From a virus, in IMG/VR virus record IMGVR_UViG_3300037461_001096, positions 1 through 64,000 of that record: a stretch of 64,000 nucleotides of DNA; one strand, given 5' to 3'. Shown here piece after piece: positions 8,491-18,240 of this stretch; positions within the stretch are counted from its first letter, which is position 1, and every line of letters starts with the position of its first letter. The translations under genes were made by a program, and so were the position numbers. The notes under the pieces are model-generated. The model searched no databases and had not been told where the DNA came from. It saw nothing but the letters and a program-made list of their open reading frames with translations.

Positions 8491-9129
8491 TCATTCACAT
8501 GATTGGAACTCGAAGAGTTCATCACATATGAACTCCTGTATTGCCCGCTTAAGCGTGTCATCCCCTAGGTGTTTATAACTGGATAAGGCTATCTTGATGT
8601 CATTTATTGCGCATTCAGTCAAGAATGAGTTAGCACCTTCAATCGTAGATTGATCAGTTAAAAGTTTACTAAACTCTTCTGAAACTCTGTTTTCGGCATT
8701 CTTTAGAATGGGATAAAATTCTTGGCTCAGATTTCGTCTGAGCCAAGAGACAAATGGAATCGTACCATTACGATCCTTCTTATTTAGAATCACATCTTTG
8801 TTACAATTATAGGTCGAAACTCGACCTTTCACACCGAAGTTCTCATTAACTAACGTTTCAACTTCGTTCGGAAGTAAGAACGGATATATATCGATATATA
8901 TTCTCGGTGGTGAACTGGGTTGGAAACTATATGTAAGTATACCAGCTATGGTATGAAATTTGACCATAACCTTTGCGGGCTGACCAAGCTCTTTCGGTCG
9001 TTCAAGTATGTATTCGATCTTGTCTATTTTAAAATTTTCAATACGCTCTAGAACACGAGCACGTAAAGCATGTCCATCTGGACAGTTACTCAAGAGCTCA
9101 TAAACTTTCTCATAGCTTGACTTTTCCAT
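8491..9129 (-). CDS. Hypothetical protein with C-terminal tag-like end
   Basis: 212 aa, GGAGG SD; ends DDTLKRAIQEFICDELFEFQSCE. Confidence 0.8.
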   Translation of the reverse strand: MEKSSYEKVYELLSNCPDGHALRARVLERIENFKIDKIEYILERPKELGQPAKVMVKFHTIAGILTYSFQPSSPPRIYIDIYPFLLPNEVETLVNENFGVKGRVSTYNCNKDVILNKKDRNGTIPFVSWLRRNLSQEFYPILKNAENRVSEEFSKLLTDQSTIEGANSFLTECAINDIKIALSSYKHLGDDTLKRAIQEFICDELFEFQSCE

Positions 9130-9139
9130 CTTGTCACCT

Positions 9140-9180
9140 CCCCGATCGGTACGCGCGGGCGCGCGCGATCGCCGCTGTCA
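9140..9180 (-). repeat. Conserved intergenic element, copy 8
   Basis: Minus strand TGACAGCGGCGATCGCGCGCGCCCGCGCGTACCGATCGGGG, preceded by ATGACTGAT as in the ankyrin ends. Confidence 0.85.
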
Positions 9181-9342
9181 ATCAGTCATAATTCACCCAA
9201 TGAAATAGTATGTATGACAACCCGACATAAATTATTCAGTTGTCATAGCATCGGATTTGTGGATGAGACTTACATAATCTATCGTAGCATATTCTCAGAG
9301 TCAATTATAGTTCGAGACGGAAGAGTGACCCGTGTTCACCAT
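9178..9342 (-). pseudogene. Decayed small gene ending in the IMTD tag
   Basis: MVNTGHSSVSNYN*L*EYATIDYVSLIHKSDAMTTE*FMSGCHTYYFIG*IMTD* (3 internal TGA, 1 internal TAA). Confidence 0.55.
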
Positions 9343-9767
9343 GGGTTACGCATGTTATATGAATCTTTTGAAAGATCGTCAACGACTTGTACAACGCAGC
9401 GTGCTACTGGAACGATCACAAGCCGTGCAATTCGTTCACCCCGAGACAATATGACTCTATCACCAAGATTGCGCACGCACACTTTGATCTCTCCACAAAG
9501 TTCCGAACTGATTGTGGTAACTGGCACATGCAATCTCAAGTTTTCCCCATTGAATATGGACCTAATTTGTCCTTCAAAACCCTCTGGAATTTGAACGGCG
9601 ACCCCGGTGCTTACGGTCACCATATCACCTTTCTCGATAGTGTATAATGGTGTTTTAGCATCGTCAATGTGGTGTAGATGTAGGTCTAGACCGTTAGATC
9701 CTTTATCGTGGCATTCTGGAATTATTGCATCGGAATATAATGCCTGAAATCGTAGAAATACAGTCAT
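9336..9767 (-). CDS. dUTPase-like protein with degenerate catalytic motifs
   Basis: SNGLDL, VSTGVAVQIPEGFEGQIRS, GEIKV, GERIARLVIVP; motif III lacks Asp; motif V absent. Start placed at MTVF (ATGA overlap). Confidence 0.8.
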   Translation of the reverse strand: MTVFLRFQALYSDAIIPECHDKGSNGLDLHLHHIDDAKTPLYTIEKGDMVTVSTGVAVQIPEGFEGQIRSIFNGENLRLHVPVTTISSELCGEIKVCVRNLGDRVILSRGERIARLVIVPVARCVVQVVDDLSKDSYNMRNPW

Positions 9768-9934
9768 AATACAGTCCAACCTTCCTTGTAAACGGAATAC
9801 ACCGCCGCTAACAGTTCGGTATGGACATCTGTTACTTCATCCGACTTCAGAATCATCTCAACGACTCTGACTACTGGACGCATACGTGCAACTTCAAGTT
9901 TGAGCGCAGCAATTTCGAATTCCGGATCCACCAT
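9764..9934 (-). CDS. Small hypothetical protein (56 aa)
   Basis: GAGGAG SD; MVDPEFEIAALKLEVARMRP...; stop overlaps the dUTPase-like ATG. Confidence 0.65.
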   Translation of the reverse strand: MVDPEFEIAALKLEVARMRPVVRVVEMILKSDEVTDVHTELLAAVYSVYKEGWTVL

Positions 9935-10078
9935 TTTATTAATCTCCTCGGGAAAACATACAGTTGAAATTTATCTCTCAGCGATACGGTATCTAAAGCT
10001 GAATTTCCTCATATGCCGGAAATTTTGACTGGGGTCGCGTAAGTATGATCGGAGTTATTCATAAAGGAGAAGGTACAT

Positions 10079-10570
10079 ATGTTTACACGTCATATCGCAA
10101 TTGGGTTGTTCATATTAACCGCTTCTTGTGCATCGCTCCCAAAAGTTTTGGCAGAAAGGCCAACAAGAATTCTATGGGTATCCGTCAAGGATGCCACATA
10201 TGAAGAATTTAATGAAGTTAAAGTGGCTGCTATTGCATGGGAAAAAGCTTCAAGGGGTGCTTTGGCTCTTCCTATCATTCATGGGGACGCTATCTCATCA
10301 CGTGATGTTATTGGAATGACATTTTTTCAAGATGTCCCAATTTCAGTAAAACCCACTGCTGGAGCTGATTGTGATACTACTACTTATCGACGCATCCGGA
10401 TTTTCCGCACAAATGCTTCGTATAACATGTCATGTGTCGTAGCCCATGAATTAGGTCACGCCCTCCGTGGAAACCCGATCCATGATTCTGATGGTATCAT
10501 GGCTCGCATGTTCACCAATTGTGTTGTTACGCCAGAGTTGGCTTCAGCTGTCGTTAATCTATCAAACTGA
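10079..10570 (+). CDS. Matrixin-like zinc metalloprotease, probable lipoprotein
   Basis: Signal peptide with LTASC lipobox; HELGHALRGNPIH zinc motif followed by Met-turn GIM. Confidence 0.75.
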   Translation: MFTRHIAIGLFILTASCASLPKVLAERPTRILWVSVKDATYEEFNEVKVAAIAWEKASRGALALPIIHGDAISSRDVIGMTFFQDVPISVKPTAGADCDTTTYRRIRIFRTNASYNMSCVVAHELGHALRGNPIHDSDGIMARMFTNCVVTPELASAVVNLSN

Positions 10571-10578
10571 GGAAAACT

Positions 10579-11169
10579 ATGCATATATCCTGGGACTCAT
10601 ATTTCATGCAGATTGCACGCGTGGTGGCATCTCGTTCCACATGCGATCTCAGGCACGCCGGAACCGTCCTTGTTCAGGATAATAGGATTGTTGCCACTGG
10701 TTATAACGACTCCCCTCCCGGAATTAAATCGTGTAAAGATGTCGGCCATTTAATAAATGGACAGTCTATACAAGGGGAAGTTAAAGAAGGATTTTTAACA
10801 GATGAATACGGACAACTCGTAAAGAGGTGTTGTGAGCGCATTATCCACAGTGAAGCCAATGCTATTTGTCAAGCCGCCCGTCATGGGGTTAGCCTGCAAG
10901 GTGCACATGCTTTTGTTACCCTTTCTCCGTGTCATGATTGCTTCAAACTTCTAATGTCAGCCGGAATATCCCGCGTTGTGTTTGATGTATCGGACGGAAA
11001 CAGTTCAATATTCAACCTAGCTAAACAGGCTGGTATTGAACTGAAGCGTTTGGAGGCTAGTATTCGTCCAGACAAAATGTATCAAGATAACACTCGAAAG
11101 ATGTCTTTCTCAGAAAACTGTCAAGACAAACAATTTTCAAGGTATTCTGTTATACAAAATAAAACGTAG
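10579..11169 (+). CDS. dCMP deaminase family protein
   Basis: SWDSYFMQIA..VASRSTC, TGYN, HSEANAI, TLSPCHDC. Confidence 0.9.
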   Translation: MHISWDSYFMQIARVVASRSTCDLRHAGTVLVQDNRIVATGYNDSPPGIKSCKDVGHLINGQSIQGEVKEGFLTDEYGQLVKRCCERIIHSEANAICQAARHGVSLQGAHAFVTLSPCHDCFKLLMSAGISRVVFDVSDGNSSIFNLAKQAGIELKRLEASIRPDKMYQDNTRKMSFSENCQDKQFSRYSVIQNKT

Positions 11170-11817
11170 GATACTTCAAAAGGCCACTTCTCAATGAAGA
11201 AACATTTTCGAAATGATGCTAAAAATCTTCCTCGAAGAATCCTTCCGTTAATAAAATTCCCTTGAAGTGTGTTATGCAAGGGATCCCTTCAAGTATTAAG
11301 GCGTTCCATATTAAGGAAAGCCACAATGTCAATAATGACATTGAAATATTTGGGGAATTTCCTAAATTTATGGTTCAGGATGATTTTGAAAATAAATGGA
11401 TCTTTCTATTGAAAATGATCAAAATCATGGAATTTGAGGAAGATTCGGTGCAAAAGATTAAAACAAGTAAAAATACCAGGCGTGGTAAAGCACAATAGCC
11501 CCACGAGTTCGAAGTTTGAGAAATTGATGACTGTCGTCGAAGATACAACCCGGGAGCTTAAGGATAACGTTCTTTTGAGAAGTACCTATGGCGACCGGAT
11601 CAGTAGGGTATGTGTATATTTGATAATTATATATATCCCGCTTTATTATGGCATATAATCGCGAATTATATATGATACACCTCGATTTATTATGATATAA
11701 TATGGGGACTGGGCTGGGGGTTTGTAACCATCTAACCTGTAATGGTTTCCTTAACTATGAAAAATGCTTTGCTTGTTCCATCTGATAAACTGTCAGAAAT
11801 TGTAACGTCGGAGACGT

Positions 11818-12282
11818 ATGAAGAAAATGGCTAATCACCCTGATCAGACGATGAGTTCAGGACTAGTTGAACCTCTTGTTAAGAATGTAGCGGATGATAA
11901 TTTGAAGGATGACTATGAAATGGTAAGACTAAGTATTGAAAATGTGAACGGGTCAACGATTTTGGTTAGGTGTGAAGCGGGAACACAAAAATCAACGGCT
12001 GCAGTGGACTATGACGGTTATGTCCGAAGGGCGATTGGGTGGCACCCACACGGTTTGACAGAGCCGCAAAAATCAGCACTAGCTGAACAACTCAAGAAGT
12101 TTGTTCTTACCTGTCAGGACCCACGGGTAGTAGCAATACGCAAATGCGAAGAGGATAAACGTGTATCACGGATTATGTCTAATTTTTTGATGGCTGCTAA
12201 TGCATTGCTAACTATTATGTCTCCGGATGACGCTAAGAATTTGTTAGACGAACACATTATATCTAAGATTTATGACAGCTAA
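11818..12282 (+). CDS. Hypothetical protein with C-terminal tag-like end
   Basis: 154 aa, GGAG SD; ends SPDDAKNLLDEHIISKIYDS. Confidence 0.75.
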   Translation: MKKMANHPDQTMSSGLVEPLVKNVADDNLKDDYEMVRLSIENVNGSTILVRCEAGTQKSTAAVDYDGYVRRAIGWHPHGLTEPQKSALAEQLKKFVLTCQDPRVVAIRKCEEDKRVSRIMSNFLMAANALLTIMSPDDAKNLLDEHIISKIYDS

Positions 12283-12398
12283 TCATACCGATGAGAAATC
12301 TATTTTTACGAATCTGGCTAGCATGGTTGCATCAGTTGTGCTTGGTAAGATTGTTATGTAATCTTATCCGGAGCATGCCTAAATTTTAGGAGATAACT

Positions 12399-12668
12399 AT
12401 GATTGGCGCTGCTAGACGATTCAGTGAACTGATGACTGACTTACTGCTGAGGCGTGAGATCTTTGGCGGTCCACTACCACAAGATGCTGAATCCGATACA
12501 GCGTCAGAGCTTGAACGTTGTTGGCTGGAAATGACAAACGAAGAGCAAAATGAGGCAAAGATTATATTTTCAACTGAACGCTGCCCGGACGCACCGACAC
12601 AGCTCGATTTGATCGACACGGTCGTTGAAATAGGGGAATGTATACCCCCGCGAAAAAAAGTAGGGTGA
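12399..12668 (+). CDS. Hypothetical protein
   Basis: 89 aa, AGGAG SD. Confidence 0.65.
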   Translation: MIGAARRFSELMTDLLLRREIFGGPLPQDAESDTASELERCWLEMTNEEQNEAKIIFSTERCPDAPTQLDLIDTVVEIGECIPPRKKVG

Positions 12669-12847
12669 CAACCGGTCACTACACGGCGCGCTTTGGGACG
12701 AACGTCGAAAGACAAGTGCATTATTATACGACACATTTTACGTTAGTAGATAACTATTTGGATGGTCTGGCTGGCCATCCCAATACCTCCATCTATGCCT
12801 CATGTACAATTCTGTCAATTCCATAACTCTTTCTGAAAAGACTGTTA

Positions 12848-13492
12848 ATGGAAGTTATAAACATGTCAAGAAGTAGTTTAGCACGTCAAACTAACACCTA
12901 TTCTTCCATTATGGAAGAGGCCGACCGCCACCGGTTTAAGCTTTGCGAACAGCATAAAACATCTTATCCCATAGAGAAACCTTGCACTCCGATTTCTTCA
13001 GGAAGTTGTAATCAAACTATAAACAGAATTGTCGTTAGGAAATTAGACGAGTCGAGACTCGAGTTAATACTTCCAGTTCTAGACGAGAAAATGTGTGATG
13101 AAACACAAGAAAAGATACCTAAGATACATTTTATATCAGGGAACCCGGACCTAACACATGATGAGTTTTGTCTTAACTATGCCGGGCCGATACTTGAAGC
13201 TGCCTTGGAGGGTGATGAATTTGTCGTTGGAGATGGGAGCGGAGCTGACCTTATGGCCCAGCGATTTTTGAAGGCTATTGATGCGAAAGTGATAGTTTAT
13301 CATGCACTATCTTCTCCAATGAACAATGAGGGGTTTCCCTCAATCGGCGGGTATCTCTCTAATGGGGAACGTGATACGGCAATGACTGAAGTGTCGGATT
13401 ATGACATTTTATGGGTTGGACCCAGAATGGATAATGCCGGGATTACGAAAAATTTAGAGAGACGAAAGAAAAAGACGTTTTCAGGAGAATAA
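12848..13492 (+). CDS. SLOG-superfamily (YspA-like) domain protein
   Basis: FISG...VVGDGSGADLMAQRF...ERDTAM pattern in the C-terminal half. Confidence 0.55.
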   Translation: MEVINMSRSSLARQTNTYSSIMEEADRHRFKLCEQHKTSYPIEKPCTPISSGSCNQTINRIVVRKLDESRLELILPVLDEKMCDETQEKIPKIHFISGNPDLTHDEFCLNYAGPILEAALEGDEFVVGDGSGADLMAQRFLKAIDAKVIVYHALSSPMNNEGFPSIGGYLSNGERDTAMTEVSDYDILWVGPRMDNAGITKNLERRKKKTFSGE

Positions 13493-13710
13493 TAAGAAAA
13501 TGAGATGACTCATGAATGAATCACCGAGGAAATTATATATATTGATATATATTCTAGCGTGTAATTGATATAGTTAAATCCTAAGATTAGGAAGATGTCA
13601 AAATATGACTTCAGTAGTTAGGGTTATCGAATCTTGATTTACGATGAATGTGATTGATTATATCACATATTTGAAGAATGCATTGTTAGCCGCAAGAAGG
13701 AGTATACGTC

Positions 13711-14223
13711 ATGGCTAACTGCTATTTCATCAGATTACAAAAAAAGATTTCAGAGAAAGTTTTTGAACGTCTTCTTAGACAGATATCAGCGGAATGGTTT
13801 GAGCTAAAACTAGCTGTTAAGAAGACTGAATGGGCCGACGGAGGCCCCGTGTGGTTAATGTACCTACCGGATTCTGCCCCCGTTGGCAACTCAGGACTAG
13901 TAGGAAAGGCTCCCGGAGAGGATTTCGGTTTTACCATAGCCTTACAAAATGACGGGAAAGTAGTATACTTCAGGCATCACGGTCTAAATCATTGGGAATC
14001 ATGGGCAAGAGGGTGTGCCGCTGAGCTTTTTTCTGAGAAAATAAACGCGCCACTTGAATACGGAACCACCGGAATAATATATAATCCAGGTGTAAAAAGC
14101 TGGAGACGGCGCCGAACTTTTATAGGGTATGCAGCAAGAAATATGAAAAAACCCTTATCGAAAGATGACTTAGATTTTTTGGAACGAACGTTCATAAACC
14201 ACGCACCGAAAGGGTGGGAATAA
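13711..14223 (+). CDS. Hypothetical protein
   Basis: 170 aa, AAGGAG SD. Confidence 0.75.
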   Translation: MANCYFIRLQKKISEKVFERLLRQISAEWFELKLAVKKTEWADGGPVWLMYLPDSAPVGNSGLVGKAPGEDFGFTIALQNDGKVVYFRHHGLNHWESWARGCAAELFSEKINAPLEYGTTGIIYNPGVKSWRRRRTFIGYAARNMKKPLSKDDLDFLERTFINHAPKGWE

Positions 14224-14502
14224 CATTGAACGTCAAAAATATTTTGAAAGTATAGGGGCGTGATGGAGAGGGAATCAATTATTAGATGTGTTGTATGGAC
14301 ATGTAGGTATACCGCCACAAATGCAGTCATTGCTACGGAAAATGGCTGGGGATGGTATAAACCAAATTGGGCAGATTATGTCGTGTGGAGATGCCCAAAT
14401 CATTTAGTCGGGCATGAGAATACTGGCTGTTCATCATGTCCATAATAATAGTCAAAGGATGTTAAAATTCGTCTTCAGAACGTTTTACCGCCATAAAGGA
14501 AA

Positions 14503-14769
14503 GTGACGAGAATGGCACTTAGAACATTCAGCAGATATAATGAACAAGACTATAAGCCCCGTGTGCCCCTCTTATGGCAGGTATACGATAAGCTTTTGGC
14601 GCTACCAAAAGGTGGTGATATTGGAAGTCATATACATGATATTGTCATAAACGACTTGCTTAAGTATACGTCTCCAAAAGACCATCGGGCTACTATTGAG
14701 AAGCTCATACAGGATTTACCGAATGAGTTCATCCCAGTTCTTAATGAGATACTAGCTAAGTTGCCATAA
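14503..14769 (+). CDS. Hypothetical protein
   Basis: 88-aa ORF co-oriented with neighbours. Confidence 0.6.
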   Translation: MTRMALRTFSRYNEQDYKPRVPLLWQVYDKLLALPKGGDIGSHIHDIVINDLLKYTSPKDHRATIEKLIQDLPNEFIPVLNEILAKLP

Positions 14770-14797
14770 AACCAGGCGCACTTGAAAGGAATGACCA

Positions 14798-15631
14798 ATG
14801 TGCTCTGATCAGGATAAGGCTCGTGCAAATGTGAAGGTGTTAATACTCACGGGGCTGGGGCTTAATTGCGAAGACGAAACTGCGCAAGCATTTCGAATGT
14901 GTGGTGCACAAGTAGAATTGGTTCATCTTGAAGATATGCTTGATGGTTCCGCCGGAAGATTAAATGATCGAAATATCATTGCAATGGTAGGTGGTTTTTC
15001 ATTTGGTGATCATATTGGTGCCGGTGTCGTTTATGCAAACCGACTTCGATATCGTTTATTTGACCAACTTTTGGAATTTATACAAAATGATGGTTTGGTA
15101 CTCGGTATTTGTAACGGTTTTCAAACGATGGTAAAACTTGGACTGCTGCCAGGATTGAATGGTGTATATGATAAACAATTAGTGACATTAACAGCTAACG
15201 ACAGGATTGGCTATCGAGATGCTTGGGTTCGAATAAAAATGGATATGCATTCACCATGTGTATGGACTAGTGGAATTGATTTTATGGACCTGCCAGCACG
15301 ACATGGTGAAGGTAAATTCCTAGTAGGAGATGAGGGTACACGGGAACAAATACAAAAACAGCATCTAATTGCGGTGCAATATGTAGACGAAAACGGGGAA
15401 CCAACTCAGCAGTGGCCCGATAATCCAAATGGGTCACCTGACGCTGTCGCTGGAATTTGTGACCCGTCAGGGCGTTTATTCGGGATGATGCCTCACCCGG
15501 ATGCATATTTGTATGGATTTCATCATCCTAGATGGATGCAACGAAAACTTGAGGGTAAGCTAACAGAGCTCGGAGACGGGGTCAAAATTTTTCAGAATGG
15601 CGTTGATTACGTGGCAAATAAGTTGCTTTGA
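14798..15631 (+). CDS. purQ: Phosphoribosylformylglycinamidine synthase glutaminase subunit
   Basis: GLNCEDET, GGFSFGD, LGICNGFQ catalytic Cys, HGEG, NPNGS, GMMPHPD. Confidence 0.92.
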   Translation: MCSDQDKARANVKVLILTGLGLNCEDETAQAFRMCGAQVELVHLEDMLDGSAGRLNDRNIIAMVGGFSFGDHIGAGVVYANRLRYRLFDQLLEFIQNDGLVLGICNGFQTMVKLGLLPGLNGVYDKQLVTLTANDRIGYRDAWVRIKMDMHSPCVWTSGIDFMDLPARHGEGKFLVGDEGTREQIQKQHLIAVQYVDENGEPTQQWPDNPNGSPDAVAGICDPSGRLFGMMPHPDAYLYGFHHPRWMQRKLEGKLTELGDGVKIFQNGVDYVANKLL

Positions 15632-15690
15632 CTAACTAACTGTAATAATAGTATATAACCGGATCGTGATATAATGGGAAAGGTATAAGT

Positions 15691-16044
15691 ATGATTACCT
15701 CGTTGAACGAAATACGCCAGCGTAAATGTATAGAAAACGCCACAACCATGGTATCACCCACACCCCCAATAGAATGCACTCATATACTTGATCCTGTAGA
15801 ACCCACAACCATGAGATCTAATAACATGGCTGCACCGGACTGTATCTTTGTGTCTACACGTGAACCTGTGAAACAGGATATGACAAAAACACGTCCGACA
15901 TGTATACGAAACGTTAACACTTCATTATCGATTGTGGCCGGATTAACGCTTGTGATTGGGTCACAGTCACAGCCGTTACTTGCTTTCATATGTATTCTCA
16001 ATGCTATTGTGCTATATGTGATATGCTGGAAGCTTCAAAGTTGA
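15691..16044 (+). CDS. Hypothetical membrane protein
   Basis: Two C-terminal hydrophobic segments. Confidence 0.5.
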   Translation: MITSLNEIRQRKCIENATTMVSPTPPIECTHILDPVEPTTMRSNNMAAPDCIFVSTREPVKQDMTKTRPTCIRNVNTSLSIVAGLTLVIGSQSQPLLAFICILNAIVLYVICWKLQS

Positions 16045-16089
16045 AAAGAACTATCCGGAAATTTCATCTCTTTAAAAGTATGCCCTGGC

Positions 16090-16362
16090 ATGAATTTACC
16101 GTGGTACAAACTAATTCAAATCGATCTAAAAAAGGGAAGCGGATATAGTCATCCTGATTTAAATGACAGAGACTATTTCCTGGCAGAATTCACCAGAAAT
16201 GGTTATAGGAGAATTGAAATTGGCAATTTTTCTAAACAGTCATGTGGGTGGGTTTTCAACTGCAAGCGTGATGCATTGAGCATACAATATAATAAACCTC
16301 TATCTAAGAATTCTAGTTGGTCCCGTGTTTGGAAGGTCATTCCACTACGAAAAATTAACTAG
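16090..16362 (+). CDS. Hypothetical protein
   Basis: 90-aa ORF in a run of + strand genes. Confidence 0.6.
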   Translation: MNLPWYKLIQIDLKKGSGYSHPDLNDRDYFLAEFTRNGYRRIEIGNFSKQSCGWVFNCKRDALSIQYNKPLSKNSSWSRVWKVIPLRKIN

Positions 16363-16397
16363 GCTCCTTCCGATGAAGGATAAACAGGAGGTATGTC

Positions 16398-16787
16398 ATG
16401 AAAGTTCGTTATTCATGGCCCGAATGTACATACGATTCACCCATGGCAGGGGTTACTTATGAGTCAAGTCCGCTTGACTGCTTTCTAGTGTCAACTTCGA
16501 ATGAAGAATTTGGAGAATTTGTTGCCCCGGTAATTTCAGAGATTCAGGAACATCGCAGACATGGAAAAGTCAATGACGGCATCTCTGAGTGGAGGTCCCA
16601 AGCTGGTGAGTCTATGTTTCTCATATCACGTGATTTATCACGCATTATTTCCGTTGGGTGGGTTTTTGTTTTGCAAGACTGGATGGCGTTAGCCTCGGCT
16701 ATTCCGATCGGGAATATTGGTGAAGATGGGGTGGCAGAAGGTGACAGTCTGATTTCGCTCGAGAGTCTCGCGTCCTATGGAGTATGA
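16398..16787 (+). CDS. Hypothetical protein
   Basis: 129 aa, AGGAGG SD. Confidence 0.7.
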   Translation: MKVRYSWPECTYDSPMAGVTYESSPLDCFLVSTSNEEFGEFVAPVISEIQEHRRHGKVNDGISEWRSQAGESMFLISRDLSRIISVGWVFVLQDWMALASAIPIGNIGEDGVAEGDSLISLESLASYGV

Positions 16788-17294
16788 TTGTTGTATAATC
16801 GGGAAAAAGCCAGAGATGCTTTTCACAGGGAAATCAGCCGAAGATTGGACCTTAAGTTATGCGCCGACAGCATTATGCACTTGATGCTTTCTAAATTCAT
16901 AAAGTCTATTAACATAGACGAGTATACTTCTGAGTTAGACTTTTCCGATAGTTATATAACTATTTATGATCATCATCTGGGGGATGAAGTTCTTAAACAG
17001 ACAAATATAGAACAAAAGTTTCTGGAGTTTGCTGGAGTTGGGAAATTTGTTGATATGTTTGGTGGCGAAGACGAAGAAGTTTCGGGTTCCGTTATGGCAG
17101 GCTTATCAAATAGCTTCGCCTTTATAATGGAAGATGTGTTTAGACATCGGGGATACCATCCTATTCTCGTACGGAAAGTCAGCCTACTTCTTAAGTCCAC
17201 CCAATGGTGGGCAGACAATAAGACGCAAATTTCAAAAACTTTGCAAAAGAATCGATACAAACTCAATTTAATGAGGGATATCTTAGATTCGTAG
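16788..17294 (+). CDS. Hypothetical protein with C-terminal tag-like end
   Basis: 168 aa; ends LQKNRYKLNLMRDILDS. Confidence 0.7.
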   Translation: MLYNREKARDAFHREISRRLDLKLCADSIMHLMLSKFIKSINIDEYTSELDFSDSYITIYDHHLGDEVLKQTNIEQKFLEFAGVGKFVDMFGGEDEEVSGSVMAGLSNSFAFIMEDVFRHRGYHPILVRKVSLLLKSTQWWADNKTQISKTLQKNRYKLNLMRDILDS

Positions 17295-17371
17295 AATTCT
17301 GTTTTCTCGTCACCATACTATTCAGTAGGCTGTAATGGTCATCACATGAACATTCAGTGTAAAATTGTCCA

Positions 17372-18163
17372 ATGAAATACTCATCAGAACAACTTTCCTC
17401 AATTCTTGAAGAAATTGCTACACTTTCGGTTGACCTGGTTGAAGATCCAACAGGTCCTGAACTCGGTGTTCGCTATTTAAACAGCCGTGTAGCTGAGTGT
17501 CGAAGGTACTTAAACCGTGTCATATACTATGTACAATCCGTTGGAAAACAGGTGAAAGATCTAACTGTCGAAACGCGGCAAATGGAGCTTGATCTGGAGT
17601 TAAAGCTAGCTCAGAAATTAGCTGATGATGAACTTGTCCGAAAACAGCCTTCCATAGAAGATAGGAAAGCTTTGGCTATGATGTTTCTTAAACCGGAACA
17701 TGATAATTTAGCTTCATTGAGGGTTGAACTTCTCGATGCGTCTGAAACATTGAAAATCATTAAAATGAAACATCAAGATCTAATTCGGACAGGTGCTGAT
17801 ATCAGGTCTCAACGACAATTTGTGAAAGACGACATGGATGCCAGGTTATCGGGAGGTCAGGGGTATGATAAGCCTCAGGCAAAACAGGATAGGTCTATTA
17901 CAGGAGGCATGCCCCCTCCAGTCATTCCAGGAGAAATAGACCCTAAAGATTTGTTGGACCCCAATAAACGACCTGATGATATGCCGGAGCCTGTGGACGA
18001 GATGCATGCCCAACAAATAGTAGAGTTTTTCAGTTCCAAACCCCATTTGGATTTGGAACAGGAAGACTCGGAATCATCTACTCAGGTATTGTCTGGATCA
18101 ATGCTACACGATGTTGACGTTAAACCCATCAAACACCTTGAAGATCTCGGAGACGAGATCTGA
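17372..18163 (+). CDS. Coiled-coil protein, possibly a UvsY-like recombination mediator
   Basis: Long helical heptad N-terminal region and acidic tail; sits before an SSB-like gene near recA; function inferred. Confidence 0.55.
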   Translation: MKYSSEQLSSILEEIATLSVDLVEDPTGPELGVRYLNSRVAECRRYLNRVIYYVQSVGKQVKDLTVETRQMELDLELKLAQKLADDELVRKQPSIEDRKALAMMFLKPEHDNLASLRVELLDASETLKIIKMKHQDLIRTGADIRSQRQFVKDDMDARLSGGQGYDKPQAKQDRSITGGMPPPVIPGEIDPKDLLDPNKRPDDMPEPVDEMHAQQIVEFFSSKPHLDLEQEDSESSTQVLSGSMLHDVDVKPIKHLEDLGDEI

Positions 18164-18240
18164 AATGCTTCCTTCGTTGTAAATTATTGTGAAAACGGTC
18201 AAAAAGTTAAAGGTTCAAAGGTTAACACAGGAGAGTCAAG

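Noticed and set aside
11170-11817. Short ORFs 11262..11498 and 11434..11658
   Set aside because: TTG starts without clear SD, mutual overlap and no motifs; probably decayed or non-coding.
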